Below are positions 29,403-39,743 of a stretch of 64,000 nt of DNA, in pieces (position 1 is the first letter of the stretch; every line of letters starts with the position of its first letter). The stretch covers positions 2,208,001-2,272,000 of the forward strand of contig OZ223209.1 of assembly GCA_965140415.1 (NCBI GenBank), given 5' to 3'. The notes under the pieces were generated by a model. The model was not told where the DNA came from, searched no databases, and saw only the letters and a list, made by a program, of their open reading frames with translations. This DNA is from Myxococcota bacterium. GTDB lineage: Bacteria > Myxococcota_A > SURF-8. The translations under genes and the position numbers were made by a program.

Positions 29403-29560
29403 ACTTTTCAGCAATGAAGGAATGTGATGATAAGAGCTATAAATCACATAAGTATTTCTTATTTCTCCTTGTTCTTGCCTTCCTGCTATAACTTCTTGTC
29501 ATATAGGGTGAATCTCTGGGCTCTATTCAAGTGCTGAATGAGGACTGTTGGTGAAGCTAG

Positions 29561-30127
29561 ATGGATTCAGTGAAAACGGAGGTCATCATGCAAGTGAAGC
29601 GTGTTAAGGATTTGATGATCCCCCTTGAGCGATATCCATATGTTCAGGATAACGCTACAATCAAAGAAGCAATTGAAGTTGCCATGAAAGCCGGTGCAAT
29701 CGTAGAGGGCACCCGCCATTCCGCGCGATACATACTGGTATTCGACAAGTTGAACGTATTGGTTGGTTATTTAAGACGTAGAGATATTCTACGCGGATTG
29801 GAACCACCAAGTTTCGACAATCACCCGCTTGAATATCGCAAGAAGTTATTCGATGTCGAGTTCGATCCCAACCTGACGTTACTCAATTACGACAAATTGA
29901 TTGAAACCGTAAAAGCCCAAGCCAGCAGGCGAGTCATTGAGGTTATTCGACCGATCAAGATGTGGATCAAAGCGAACGATAATTTCTTGACAGCGATCTA
30001 TGAAATGGTTGAAAACGATATTAGTCTACTGCCCGTGGTTTCCGAAGATCAAGTGACAGGTGTGATTCTTTCTGAAAATGTTTTCGAAGAAATGGCTCAT
30101 ACTCTGTTGGAAGAATCGGAAGCCTGA
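29561..30127 (+). CDS. CBS-domain protein
   Basis: VKDLMIP, ILVFD...LVGYL, LLPVV..VTGVI. Confidence 0.75.
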   Translation: MDSVKTEVIMQVKRVKDLMIPLERYPYVQDNATIKEAIEVAMKAGAIVEGTRHSARYILVFDKLNVLVGYLRRRDILRGLEPPSFDNHPLEYRKKLFDVEFDPNLTLLNYDKLIETVKAQASRRVIEVIRPIKMWIKANDNFLTAIYEMVENDISLLPVVSEDQVTGVILSENVFEEMAHTLLEESEA

Positions 30128-30183
30128 TGAATGTTGATTTGATGGTGAATCTCCCGTGAAATTTAAAAGGACAGTACCAAACC

Positions 30184-31710
30184 ATGAGTGAATCCAGCAG
30201 CCGCACTGAAGTGAAATCGGAAGGTCGAAAGACGGCCAAGCTTCCCAAGGGCGACTCGAAGAAAAATATCGACTGGAAACGGATCAGTTTCACGCTTGTC
30301 GGGTTAGGTCTATTTTGTCTTGTCTATTTTTCTCCACCTTGGCCGGATGCGATCGACCCGCAAGGCAAAGCGTTTGTTTTGGATCATCACGCCAAAGCAG
30401 CATTGGCTTTGTTCTTGTTAGCGGCAACCTGGTGGGTGTTCGAGGTCATCCCTATTGGTGTAACCGGTATCGCCATTGGTGTGATTCAGGGCTTATTTTT
30501 GATTCGAGAGCCGCGAGTGGCTTTTACGGACTTCTTCGATCCCTCGGTATGGTTCATCGTAGGTTCATTGGTAATCGGCATGGTCTTTACCAAAACCGGG
30601 TTGACCAAGCGCATGGCATATAAAATGCTGTCTATCGTCGGTGAAAAGACAAGCATGATTTACCTTGGTTGCTTTGTCATGACTTCCGCACTGACATTGA
30701 TTATGGCGCATACAGCAGTAGCAGCAACGATTTTCCCGTTGTTGATGGCGATTTATTCGCTTTACGATGAAGACCAGAAGCCGACCAAATTCGGCAAGGG
30801 TTTGTTTCTTGGTATGGCCTTCGTTGCCGGAGCAGGTTCGATCATTACCTTGTTAGGTGCAGCACGCGGTGCGGTAGCTCTTGGTTTCTTCAAAGAAATC
30901 GTAGGCAGAGACATTTCCTTTTTCGGTTTGACCTACTATATGGCACCTGTTGGCATCGTGATGACCTTTTTACTGTGGGGCATGTTCATGATCATGTACA
31001 AACCGGAGCGTAAAACGATTCCCGGTTTGAAAGAACGCTCCGTTGAACTGTACAAGCGTCTTGGACCGATGAAGGGTACGGAGATTCTTACCTTGATCAT
31101 TGTATTTTCCGTCATTGCACTATTGGGGTTGCGGTCCTTTATGCCGGAATTGCAATTCCTGAACAAGAGCGCCGTAATTCTGGTGACGACCGTATTGTTC
31201 TTCATGTTCCGGATTTTGTCGATCAAAGACCTGGAAGAGATTCCATGGAACATCGTGCTGCTTTTCGGTGGTGCAATGAGTATCGGTTTCTGCCTCTGGC
31301 AGACTGGAGCTGCTAACTGGCTGGCGATTCAATGGTTGGTTCTGTTCCAGAATGCACATTGGTTCGTGTTTGTTATGGGAATCGCGTTCTTCGTGTTGGT
31401 CATGACCAACTTGATTATGAACGTAGCGGCGATTGCGATCTCGATGCCGGTGGCTTTGGTGTTGGCTCCTTATCTTGGTGTCGCCCCGGAGGTGATCGTT
31501 TTTGCTTCGCTGGTGACAGCGGGTATGCCGTTTCTCTTCTTGGTTGGTGCGGCTCCCAACGCCATCGCGTATGAATCCAGGCAGTTTTCTTCCGGTGAAT
31601 TCTTCATGGCGGGTATTCCTGCAAGCATTCTACTGATGGTGGTGCTGGCCTTTTTCGTGTTCCTTATCTGGCCGATGATGGGAATGCCGGTTACCATTGC
31701 TGCCGGTTAA
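30184..31710 (+). CDS. SLC13/DASS family anion permease
   Basis: WVFEVIP, MAHTAVAA, IPWNIVLLFGG, TNLIMNVA, AAPNAIAY; many TM helices. Confidence 0.9.
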   Translation: MSESSSRTEVKSEGRKTAKLPKGDSKKNIDWKRISFTLVGLGLFCLVYFSPPWPDAIDPQGKAFVLDHHAKAALALFLLAATWWVFEVIPIGVTGIAIGVIQGLFLIREPRVAFTDFFDPSVWFIVGSLVIGMVFTKTGLTKRMAYKMLSIVGEKTSMIYLGCFVMTSALTLIMAHTAVAATIFPLLMAIYSLYDEDQKPTKFGKGLFLGMAFVAGAGSIITLLGAARGAVALGFFKEIVGRDISFFGLTYYMAPVGIVMTFLLWGMFMIMYKPERKTIPGLKERSVELYKRLGPMKGTEILTLIIVFSVIALLGLRSFMPELQFLNKSAVILVTTVLFFMFRILSIKDLEEIPWNIVLLFGGAMSIGFCLWQTGAANWLAIQWLVLFQNAHWFVFVMGIAFFVLVMTNLIMNVAAIAISMPVALVLAPYLGVAPEVIVFASLVTAGMPFLFLVGAAPNAIAYESRQFSSGEFFMAGIPASILLMVVLAFFVFLIWPMMGMPVTIAAG

Positions 31711-31732
31711 GCTTTCTACTAAGGTCGCTTTC

Positions 31733-31765
31733 AGGGCTCTTCCTACTTCTGGGAGAGCCTTTTTT
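31733..31765 (+). terminator. Rho-independent terminator
   Basis: AGGGCTCTTCC-loop-GGGAGAGCCTT followed by T tract. Confidence 0.7.
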
Positions 31766-31835
31766 CATCTGAAAGCCTTTTCAGATGCGGGTGGGATCTG
31801 TTTTCGCTCTGCCAGGAACTAGTGGAATTGGATTT

Positions 31836-32816
31836 CTAAGAGTTGGAGGAGGTCTGCGTGGAAGATGCTTTTGGGGGGTGTAGATTCATCCTGATCATGA
31901 AGTAGCTACCCAATCCGATATCGATTACGAATTCGGTTAAATGTGCTACAACGGCTGCCGCCAACGCGATGTCTGCTCCGATTCCAAGCAGTCCCAGCGC
32001 TTGAATCATCGCATAGTGGTATACTCCAATCGATCCTGCTGTAGCGGAGATGGCATTGGCAAAGGCCAATAACACCATCACCAGTAAACCTCCGAACAAC
32101 CCAACAGGCAGGGAGAAAGCCTGTAGCATCGCAAGCAGGAATCCCAGTTTCAAAGTACGCATGAGGATTGTAAGCAGCAGGCTGAACAGCAACAAATCCA
32201 GCCTGCGTACCGGTTTGATGCCTTCGATGACCTGCTGTTGAAGTGTGTCCAGCCGTTGACCGAATTTTTCCGGTAAAAACCGGGTTAATTGACTGAAGAT
32301 TCCAAGCATCTGCTTTGGGAAAATCGCCAGCGCGGCCACTGCGGCACATAGCAGACCAATCAACACCAGGCTAGTTTGTTGGACTAGGTGCACCCAATCT
32401 GCTTGTATCGGTAGAAAGAGGAGAAGCAGTAATAGCAAAAATGCAAGCAGCATAGAATCCATCAGACGCGTGATCACAATCACGGAAAGTGATGTGGCAT
32501 ATGGGATGTTTTCCCGACTGCTGATCAAATACGCGCGATAGAACTCTCCGGCACGGGATGGAAAAAGCTGGTTGATCATAATGCCGATGAGGTAGTAGCG
32601 ATAAAGCGTCCAGTTGCTCACTTGCTTGATAGGAGAGAGTAAAAGGCGCAAGCGAATGGCACTAAAATAGGGGATGGTAAGGTATAGTCCAATTGCAAAC
32701 AGCCAGAGGGGAACGTTCAACAGATCAAATGATTGGATAAAGCGGCTGAACTCGACTTGGCGAATGGCGAGATAGCCGAACAGAACAGCAATGAATAGAA
32801 AAACGAGTTTCTTCAT
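31836..32816 (-). CDS. UPF0104/lysylphosphatidylglycerol-synthase TM (flippase-like) membrane protein, paralog of 14558-15598
   Basis: NQLFPSRAGEFYRAYL, TRLMD, AGSIGVYH. Confidence 0.8.
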   Translation of the reverse strand: MKKLVFLFIAVLFGYLAIRQVEFSRFIQSFDLLNVPLWLFAIGLYLTIPYFSAIRLRLLLSPIKQVSNWTLYRYYLIGIMINQLFPSRAGEFYRAYLISSRENIPYATSLSVIVITRLMDSMLLAFLLLLLLLFLPIQADWVHLVQQTSLVLIGLLCAAVAALAIFPKQMLGIFSQLTRFLPEKFGQRLDTLQQQVIEGIKPVRRLDLLLFSLLLTILMRTLKLGFLLAMLQAFSLPVGLFGGLLVMVLLAFANAISATAGSIGVYHYAMIQALGLLGIGADIALAAAVVAHLTEFVIDIGLGSYFMIRMNLHPPKASSTQTSSNS

Positions 32817-32843
32817 AAAGGTATTTCTATCATGAAATAGCTT

Positions 32844-34259
32844 TTAACGGTCCTTTTTTAAAACCGAAAACGCCATACGTGCGGCGGTGCGTACTCCGCG
32901 TTTGAATTCATCGAAGCTGCGGACTTTCCTTAGTGCTTTTACGATATAGCCGGGACGATAATAGAAAATGTAATATCCGCAGCGAGTCCACAACTCGATT
33001 TCTTCTTCACTTAACGTCGTCCAGGGAGATCCCATGCGTCGTGCGCGGTTTCGATCTCGGACGTAGTCCGACCAGAAATCCGTTCCCGTTTTCTGCACCA
33101 TTTCATTGTCGAACACCGTTTTGGGTTTGGCGATGGTGCGTGAAAACTGGGCGTAGTCCAGATCCAGCGTAAGTGCGAAACGTAATGTGCGGTACAGGCT
33201 GGACCGCGTTTCTCCTGGCAGTCCGGTCATGAAAAAGCCTAGCGGCATGATGCCTGCTGTCTTGGCGTTTTCGATGGTTTCGCGTACATTTTCAACGGTA
33301 ATTTCTTTATTGGTTGCAAGTAGTTTGTCTTCGTTAGGCGTCTCGATGCCGAAGTATATTTTTCGGCATCCGGCCTGGCGCATCAATCGCAGCAGATTCA
33401 AATCTACCGAGTCCACTCGCGCGCGGCAGGACCATTCCAGATCCCAGTCCCGCTCGATGATCCCCAGGCATATTTTTGTGGCGCGACGCCGATTGAAGGG
33501 GAAGTCCGCGTCGAAGAAATCGATCTCTTTGACTCCATAGCGGGTAACACATTCCTCGATTTCGGCCAGCACCAATTCCGCTTTACGTGAGCGATAGGGA
33601 ATCGGTGCGATGGCGCAGAAAGAGCAGTTGTGAGCGCAACCGAGGGTTGTCGTCATGATGGTGAAGTTACGCCGCTGCGAAGTGATGGAAAAATAGTTCT
33701 CATTGGGTAGCAAGTGTCTGGCGGGAAATGGGAAACTGTTGAAATCGACTTTCTTGTTTTCTACGGGAGTGAGGATCACTTTCCCATTATGCCGATAGCC
33801 CACTCCGGGAATGTCTTTCGGCTCCTGCTTTGCTTCGATTGCTTGCAATAGGCGGGGCAGGGCATCTTGAGCATGACCCATCACCGCGTAGTCGATCGTG
33901 TCGTGTGAGAATGACTCTTCCGGGTACAATTCCAGATTGATGCCACCGGCGATTACCGGAACCTGCAATGCCTGCTTTAACTCGGTTGCCCAATCCAAGG
34001 TGTCGTGAAACATGTAGGTGGAGAAATAAAAACCAAGCGCTTCGGGAGCGAATCCGCGAAGATGCTCGATGGTTTTTTCCATACTCCACTTCAAGGCGTT
34101 GGCGTCGATGAGGACGACGTCGTGCCCGGCTTCTTCGGTGAATGCGGCTGCGTAGGCGAGATTCAAAGGAGGAAACGTACCGAAGTCTTCGTCCACGACC
34201 TCAAGGTTTTCGGCGAAAATTTTATGGCTGTATGGAGCGAAGATAAACGCGATTCTCAT
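32844..34259 (-). CDS. B12-binding-domain radical SAM protein (class B methyltransferase-like)
   Basis: PPLNLAY, PFPARHLL, CAHNCSFC, GIET, FMTGLPGET. Confidence 0.9.
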   Translation of the reverse strand: MRIAFIFAPYSHKIFAENLEVVDEDFGTFPPLNLAYAAAFTEEAGHDVVLIDANALKWSMEKTIEHLRGFAPEALGFYFSTYMFHDTLDWATELKQALQVPVIAGGINLELYPEESFSHDTIDYAVMGHAQDALPRLLQAIEAKQEPKDIPGVGYRHNGKVILTPVENKKVDFNSFPFPARHLLPNENYFSITSQRRNFTIMTTTLGCAHNCSFCAIAPIPYRSRKAELVLAEIEECVTRYGVKEIDFFDADFPFNRRRATKICLGIIERDWDLEWSCRARVDSVDLNLLRLMRQAGCRKIYFGIETPNEDKLLATNKEITVENVRETIENAKTAGIMPLGFFMTGLPGETRSSLYRTLRFALTLDLDYAQFSRTIAKPKTVFDNEMVQKTGTDFWSDYVRDRNRARRMGSPWTTLSEEEIELWTRCGYYIFYYRPGYIVKALRKVRSFDEFKRGVRTAARMAFSVLKKDR

Positions 34260-34482
34260 GGTGATTTATTGCCGCTTTCCTCAAGTTTCAAGCAGACGAA
34301 AACTCGTGCTTTTCGTTACAAATTGCAATAGAGCATACCATTTCTGGCAAGATATTCAATGTTTTACGCATGGTATAGGAAATTTCGAAATGAAAAAATG
34401 AACTAGCAAAGGTTTTCATCCGTTCTATTAAAACAAGAGTAGTGTATTATGGGAAAGTTAAAATCATCGAAGGGAAGGCACA

Positions 34483-35394
34483 ATGCGAGTTGCCATTACC
34501 GGTTCAAGCGGTTTGGTTGGAAAAGAACTTGTCGATCATTTCCTAAGGAAAGAAGCGGAAGTCATTTGTTTCGTTCGAGATCGAAATGGATTGGAATCCA
34601 ATGCGTTACCAGCGTTTTGGAATCCTTCAGAGCGACGCATCGATGTTGATGCGTTGGAAAAATGTGATGTCGTCATTCATCTGGCGGGGGCTGGCATTGC
34701 AGACAAGCGCTGGAGTGAGTCGCGCAAGCGAATCATTTTGGAAAGCCGAACGCTGGGAACATCCTTGCTTGCCGATACATTGGCGAAATTGAAGCATCCT
34801 CCAAAGGTCTTACTCTCAGCTTCCGCAATTGGATTTTATGGCAACCACGACCGGCAAACAACCGTAAACGAACAGACGAAACCGGATGATTCTTTCCTTT
34901 CCAGGGTCTGTCAGGCCTGGGAGCGCGAAACGCGAACTGCGCAAGAGGTGGGGATTCGCGTGCTTCATATGCGTTTTGGTGTGGTGCTTGCGGCGCATGG
35001 CGGAGCCTTGGCTCGCATGTTGCCTCTATTTGAAAAGGGATTGGGCGGCAGGTTGGGAAATGGTCGCCAGATTATGAGTTGGATTGCATTGCCGGAAATT
35101 CCAAGGATCGTGGATTATTTGATTGAAACGGAATCGATGGCAGGGGCAGTGAATGTCGTATCTCCAGAGGCTGTCAGTAATTCTGAATTTACCAGCAGGC
35201 TTGCAACATGCCTGGGACGTCTGGCAATACTGCCCGTTCCTGCGTTGGCGATGAAACTTGCGCTGGGGGAGATGGCAGAAGCTCTTTTATTGGGAGGCGC
35301 TCGTGTTCTGCCTGAAAAGCTACTGAAACGTGGTTATGAGTTTCAGTATCCGCATTTGGAAGATGCATTGAAAATAGTACTGCAATGCAGCTAA
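34483..35394 (+). CDS. TIGR01777/YfcH family NAD-dependent epimerase-like oxidoreductase
   Basis: ITGSSGLVG, IHLAGAGIADKRWS, SASAIGFYG, RFGVVL, GNGRQIMSWI. Confidence 0.9.
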   Translation: MRVAITGSSGLVGKELVDHFLRKEAEVICFVRDRNGLESNALPAFWNPSERRIDVDALEKCDVVIHLAGAGIADKRWSESRKRIILESRTLGTSLLADTLAKLKHPPKVLLSASAIGFYGNHDRQTTVNEQTKPDDSFLSRVCQAWERETRTAQEVGIRVLHMRFGVVLAAHGGALARMLPLFEKGLGGRLGNGRQIMSWIALPEIPRIVDYLIETESMAGAVNVVSPEAVSNSEFTSRLATCLGRLAILPVPALAMKLALGEMAEALLLGGARVLPEKLLKRGYEFQYPHLEDALKIVLQCS

Positions 35395-35422
35395 GAACTC
35401 TTAACTTCTCGATATTTTCAGC

Positions 35423-35450
35423 TTGACCCGAAGCAGAATCCCCGGATAAT
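35423..35450 (+). promoter_or_regulatory. Putative sigma-70 promoter
   Basis: TTGACC-N16-GATAAT upstream of ATG 35509. Confidence 0.35.
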
Positions 35451-35508
35451 GTTTCCGTTGTTTCGATCTCTTATTGCCTATCCGATGCCGTCGCGTGAAA
35501 GGGAAAAC

Positions 35509-36507
35509 ATGAAATCCAGAAATGGAAGTTGGATCTATGAATTGATTGCCATTATCTGCTTTGTTGGCTTGTTGTTTTGTGTTTCATGCAGTGATAATAC
35601 AAATGATACCGATGGGATAGGCTTGGATGGGGATGCAGAAGACGAATTGTCGGACACATCTCTTTCTCAAGGTGACGACGATGCATTAGAGATGGAGAAT
35701 GAGGAAGATCGTTCTCCCTTTCTTTTTGCTGTTGTTTCGGATACGCATTTGATGCTGACGAACGATAGCCTGACCAATCAGGCGTTTATCTTGTTTGCAA
35801 AGCGGTTTAAAGAATTGGAACCCAAAGCGGAATTTGTAGTCAGCACCGGCGATAACATCGAGGATTTACTGTGTTTCCCAGATCTTAGCTGCGTCGATCC
35901 TCTTCCCGTACTGACCAATTATCGGCAACTCATAGAAGATCACTTCGATGTGCCTTTCTATGCGGTTCTCGGCAATCACGACAACCGCTATTTCGATCAG
36001 TTTCTCGATACGGAAACACCTTGGGCCTCGTGGCAGTTCGTGTTTGGAGATACTTCCGTCATTCCTGACAAATACTATGCCGTTGAATACAAAGGCTTTC
36101 TTTTATTGATGCTGAATGCGACCGATCTTGCTTTCGATCACGACAGCAATGATGAAGCGACTTTCGGTCCGGAGCAATTGAGCTGGCTGGAAGAGCAATT
36201 GCAGCGTGGTTTGCCAAGCATATTATTCTGGCATCATTGCATGACTCCTCCAAGTGAGGGACAAGAAGAAATCAGTCCGATTTTTCCTGTGATAGAGACG
36301 TATCGAGAAAACGTCAAAGCCGTTTTTACCGGTCATCTTCATCATTTTTCCCACGATCAATGGAAAGGGGTGGATTTCTACCAAACCGACAATCTCGGGA
36401 AAAATGAAGAAGGAGTCACCCCCTATCATCTGGTTCACTGCGATCCACAAACCGGAATCGTGACCATTGCCAATGACGCCGATATCGAGTACGCTTCTTC
36501 TAACTAA
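35509..36507 (+). CDS. Calcineurin-like metallophosphoesterase lipoprotein
   Basis: Lipobox CVSC; SDTH, TGD, GNHD, WHH, GHLH. Confidence 0.85.
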   Translation: MKSRNGSWIYELIAIICFVGLLFCVSCSDNTNDTDGIGLDGDAEDELSDTSLSQGDDDALEMENEEDRSPFLFAVVSDTHLMLTNDSLTNQAFILFAKRFKELEPKAEFVVSTGDNIEDLLCFPDLSCVDPLPVLTNYRQLIEDHFDVPFYAVLGNHDNRYFDQFLDTETPWASWQFVFGDTSVIPDKYYAVEYKGFLLLMLNATDLAFDHDSNDEATFGPEQLSWLEEQLQRGLPSILFWHHCMTPPSEGQEEISPIFPVIETYRENVKAVFTGHLHHFSHDQWKGVDFYQTDNLGKNEEGVTPYHLVHCDPQTGIVTIANDADIEYASSN

Positions 36508-36534
36508 CGGATCTAACAATATAATTGGAAAACA

Positions 36535-36571
36535 CAACGAGCCGGTACAGTATTCTGTAACCGGCTCGTTG
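36535..36571. terminator. Hairpin between convergent genes (probable terminator)
   Basis: CAACGAGCCGGTACAG-tatt-CTGTAACCGGCTCGTTG. Confidence 0.6.
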
Positions 36572-36592
36572 CATGGGATTCTGAATGCGCGA

Positions 36593-37243
36593 TCAGAGAT
36601 CTTGCCCGATCGCTTTAAGCGTTTCTTTCAAGAATTCCATTTCCGGCACTCCGCCCAGAATGCTGTGATCTTCGTTGACAATGGTATTCGGTACCCCCCG
36701 GACATTGTATTTCACTGCAAGATGAGGAAATTCGGAGGTTTCGATCATGTCTCCGCGAACAAAGTCGCTGGCCATGGCAAAGCGATGCGCGGTGCGAACG
36801 GCTTGCGGACAATGCGGGCATTGCAAGGTCACCATGGCTTGTAAATGGACCGGCTTATCGATTTTTGCCAGTCCTTCCAGAATCACCGGAGGTAGACCGG
36901 GATCGCGGCGACTGACATCTAGAATGTCCTCGATCAAGGAGGCAAACTCGTAGCCGCCAGGAACACCGTAAAAGCGGATGCCGTAATCCTTTTCTCCTTC
37001 GACGACAAGCGCCGGGATCTTATCGATTTGATATTGTTTGACTTTCTCTGCATCTTTTACGAAATCGTAAACTTCCAGATTCAGCTTGCCGGAGAGTTCC
37101 GACAGCTCTGTCAGTAGATCATGCACTGATTTGCAGTATTCGCATTCATGATCTTGAGTGAACATGACGAGTTTTACGTCATTCGTTAACTCACCAAACA
37201 ATTTTTCAATTTCTAAGCGATCTTTTTCTTGTAACAGTCCCAT
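36593..37243 (-). CDS. Protein disulfide oxidoreductase (two-thioredoxin-fold PDO/AhpF-NTD-like)
   Basis: CEYC and CPHC, GIRFYGVPGGYEF, VRGVP. Confidence 0.85.
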   Translation of the reverse strand: MGLLQEKDRLEIEKLFGELTNDVKLVMFTQDHECEYCKSVHDLLTELSELSGKLNLEVYDFVKDAEKVKQYQIDKIPALVVEGEKDYGIRFYGVPGGYEFASLIEDILDVSRRDPGLPPVILEGLAKIDKPVHLQAMVTLQCPHCPQAVRTAHRFAMASDFVRGDMIETSEFPHLAVKYNVRGVPNTIVNEDHSILGGVPEMEFLKETLKAIGQDL

Positions 37244-37660
37244 AGTTTGCTCCTTTGTATTAGATGCTGCTGATACTCATTGGTTAGTAGGAAAGTAAAA
37301 ATCTTATCTTTTTCCTTTATTCGGGAATAACGCCCTTCCTTTTTGGGTTGCTTTGAAAATATGGATGTTCTTGAACGCGGTTTTCCTCCCGTTTTTTGCA
37401 CAAGGGTTATATAAGTCTTTTTTTTGCGGATGCAAGAGCTTGAAGTACATTTATGAACATTTGCACATAACAAGGATGAAAAGTTGATGTGTACGGTTTT
37501 TCAAGAGATAACCTTATTGGAATGGAAAAAAGAATTGCCAAACCATAATTGATTTGGTAAGGTCCGACACCTAACGAACCGGGATAAGAAGCCTGAATTT
37601 GCATCGGATTTTGCAAATTTTTACATTCGATACCTTAAATAATTGGAGGAGGATTTCAGA

Positions 37661-39619
37661 ATGGCAAAAGGATCATCGGTCATTAATTACCTGTTGATCG
37701 CACTGCTTATGTTTTCCCTCGGGTTCTACATGGGCGGCGCGGGTTGTGGACAGCAGCCGGGCGGCGACAGTGCCCCTAAGGCGGCGAAGCCTGAGGCGAA
37801 AAAAGCAGAGATGAAGCCCGAACTTAAAAAGGCTCAACCTGCTGAAGAGCGCTTCAAGGTTGAAGTTGGCAATTCTTACACCAAAGGTCCGGCGGATGCT
37901 CTGGTTACTTTGGTGGAATTCACTGAATTCCAATGCCCCTTCTGCAGTCGTGTAACGGGTACCGTGGACAAAATCTTTGAAACCTATGGCGACAAAGTCC
38001 GCTTGGTTTTCAAACACAATCCGCTGCCTTTCCACAAGGATGCCGGTCCTGCTTCCGAAGCTGCTTTGGCTGCCGGTGAGCAGGGAAAATTCTGGGAAAT
38101 GTACAAGGTGCTCTTCGCCAATCAGAAGGCCTTGTCTCGTGAAAACCTGGATAAGTATGCTCAGCAAATCGGTCTGGACATGGGCAAATACAAAGCGGCC
38201 ATGGACAGCGGCAAGTTCAAAAAAGTCATCGAGCAGGATCAGAAACAGGCGCAGCAGTTCGCCGCTCGTGGAACGCCTCACTTCTTCATCAATGGTATTC
38301 GCCTGCGTGGTGCTCAGCCTTTCGAAAAGTTCAAAGAGGTTATCGATACCGAACTGGCGAAAGCAGAAGCGATCAAAGCCAAAGGCGTAAAAGACGTCTA
38401 TGCCGAAGTGATCAAAAACGCCCAGACCAAGGCGGAAGCTCCCAAGCGTCAACAGCCGCAGGAAGACAAAACCGTTTACAACGTTCCCACCGGTAATGGT
38501 CCGGTCAAGGGCAACGTCGGTGGTGCATTGATCACTATCGTGGAATTTTCCGAATTCCAATGCCCCTTCTGTAGCCGCGTGGAACCGACCATCACCAAAA
38601 TCTTGGACGAGTACAAAGATCAGGTACGGGTTTACTTCCGTTCCAATCCTTTGCCGTTCCATAAAGACGCCATGCCCGCTTCCAAGGCCGCGCTGGCCGC
38701 TCATCGCCAGGGTAAGTTCTGGGAAATGCACAAGTTGCTGTTCACGGAGCAGAAAAACCTGAAAGAAGAAACCTTCCTGAAGTTTGCCAAGCAGTTGGGA
38801 CTGAATATCAGCAAGTTCAAAAAAGATATGGCTGATCCGGCGATTGAAAACCAGATCAAAGAAGATATGGCCATCGCGGCGAAATTCGGTTCGCGTGGAA
38901 CGCCTGGCTTCTTCATCAACGGTCGTAAATTCAGTGGTGCACAGCCTTTCGATAACTTCAAAAAGCTGATCGACGAACTGCTGCCGGTAGCGAAGAAAGT
39001 CGGCAAGACCGGTGATGCTTTGTACGCAGAGTTGACGAAGAATGGTAAAGACAAAGCCGCTCCGCCCCCCAATAAGAACAAGCGTCCGCAGGAAGATCCT
39101 AACAAAGTGTACACGGTGCCTGCTGGTAATTCCCATTTCATGGGTGGCAAAAACGCGAAAGTCGAGATCATTGAATTCTCCGAATTCCAATGCCCCTTCT
39201 GTAGCCGCGTGATTCCGACCATCAAGAAGATCAAAGAAACCTATGGCGACAAAGTCAAGGTAGTCTTCAAACACAATCCACTGCCTTTCCACAAGGACGC
39301 TGGTCTGGCTTCCGAAGCCGCTCTGGCCGCTGGTGAGCAGGGTAAATTCTGGCAGATGCACGACAAGCTGTTTGAAAACCAGAAACAGTTGAAGCGTGAA
39401 AATCTGGAATCCTATGCCAAAGAGTTGGGTCTGAATATGGCTCAATTCAAAAAGGCGCTGGATTCGGGTAAGTTCAAACCCGTTATCGATGCGGACAAGA
39501 AACTGGCCGCTTCCGTTGGCGCGCGTGGAACCCCCACCTTCTTTATCAATGGCAAGAAGTTCGTCGGTGCCCAGCCCTTCGAAAACTTCAAGCAAAAGAT
39601 CGACGAAGCTCTCAAGTAG
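37661..39619 (+). CDS. Exported protein with three tandem DsbA-like thioredoxin domains
   Basis: RBS GGAGG; 3x EF(T/S)EFQCPFCSRV, NPLPFH, QGKFW, RGTP.FFING; possible lipobox GAGC. Confidence 0.9.
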   Translation: MAKGSSVINYLLIALLMFSLGFYMGGAGCGQQPGGDSAPKAAKPEAKKAEMKPELKKAQPAEERFKVEVGNSYTKGPADALVTLVEFTEFQCPFCSRVTGTVDKIFETYGDKVRLVFKHNPLPFHKDAGPASEAALAAGEQGKFWEMYKVLFANQKALSRENLDKYAQQIGLDMGKYKAAMDSGKFKKVIEQDQKQAQQFAARGTPHFFINGIRLRGAQPFEKFKEVIDTELAKAEAIKAKGVKDVYAEVIKNAQTKAEAPKRQQPQEDKTVYNVPTGNGPVKGNVGGALITIVEFSEFQCPFCSRVEPTITKILDEYKDQVRVYFRSNPLPFHKDAMPASKAALAAHRQGKFWEMHKLLFTEQKNLKEETFLKFAKQLGLNISKFKKDMADPAIENQIKEDMAIAAKFGSRGTPGFFINGRKFSGAQPFDNFKKLIDELLPVAKKVGKTGDALYAELTKNGKDKAAPPPNKNKRPQEDPNKVYTVPAGNSHFMGGKNAKVEIIEFSEFQCPFCSRVIPTIKKIKETYGDKVKVVFKHNPLPFHKDAGLASEAALAAGEQGKFWQMHDKLFENQKQLKRENLESYAKELGLNMAQFKKALDSGKFKPVIDADKKLAASVGARGTPTFFINGKKFVGAQPFENFKQKIDEALK

Positions 39620-39647
39620 ATCTCTAGAGATCGCTTGTAGGTGAAAA

Positions 39648-39681
39648 AACAGCCCCGATCGGAATTCCGGTCGGGGCTGTT
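39648..39681. terminator. Probable bidirectional terminator
   Basis: AACAGCCCCGATCGG-aatt-CCGGTCGGGGCTGTT with upstream A tract. Confidence 0.75.
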
Positions 39682-39743
39682 GATGTTTAAGGGTTTGAGA
39701 TTTACTTAAGGCGAGATGGACTCGATAGTTGGGTAAGTTACTG

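Noticed and set aside
36593-37243. Selenocysteine in the PDO active sites
   Set aside because: Both CxxC motifs use Cys codons; no in-frame TGA
37673-39595. 640-aa ORF antisense to the triple DsbA
   Set aside because: Mirror ORF reflecting codon usage of the sense gene
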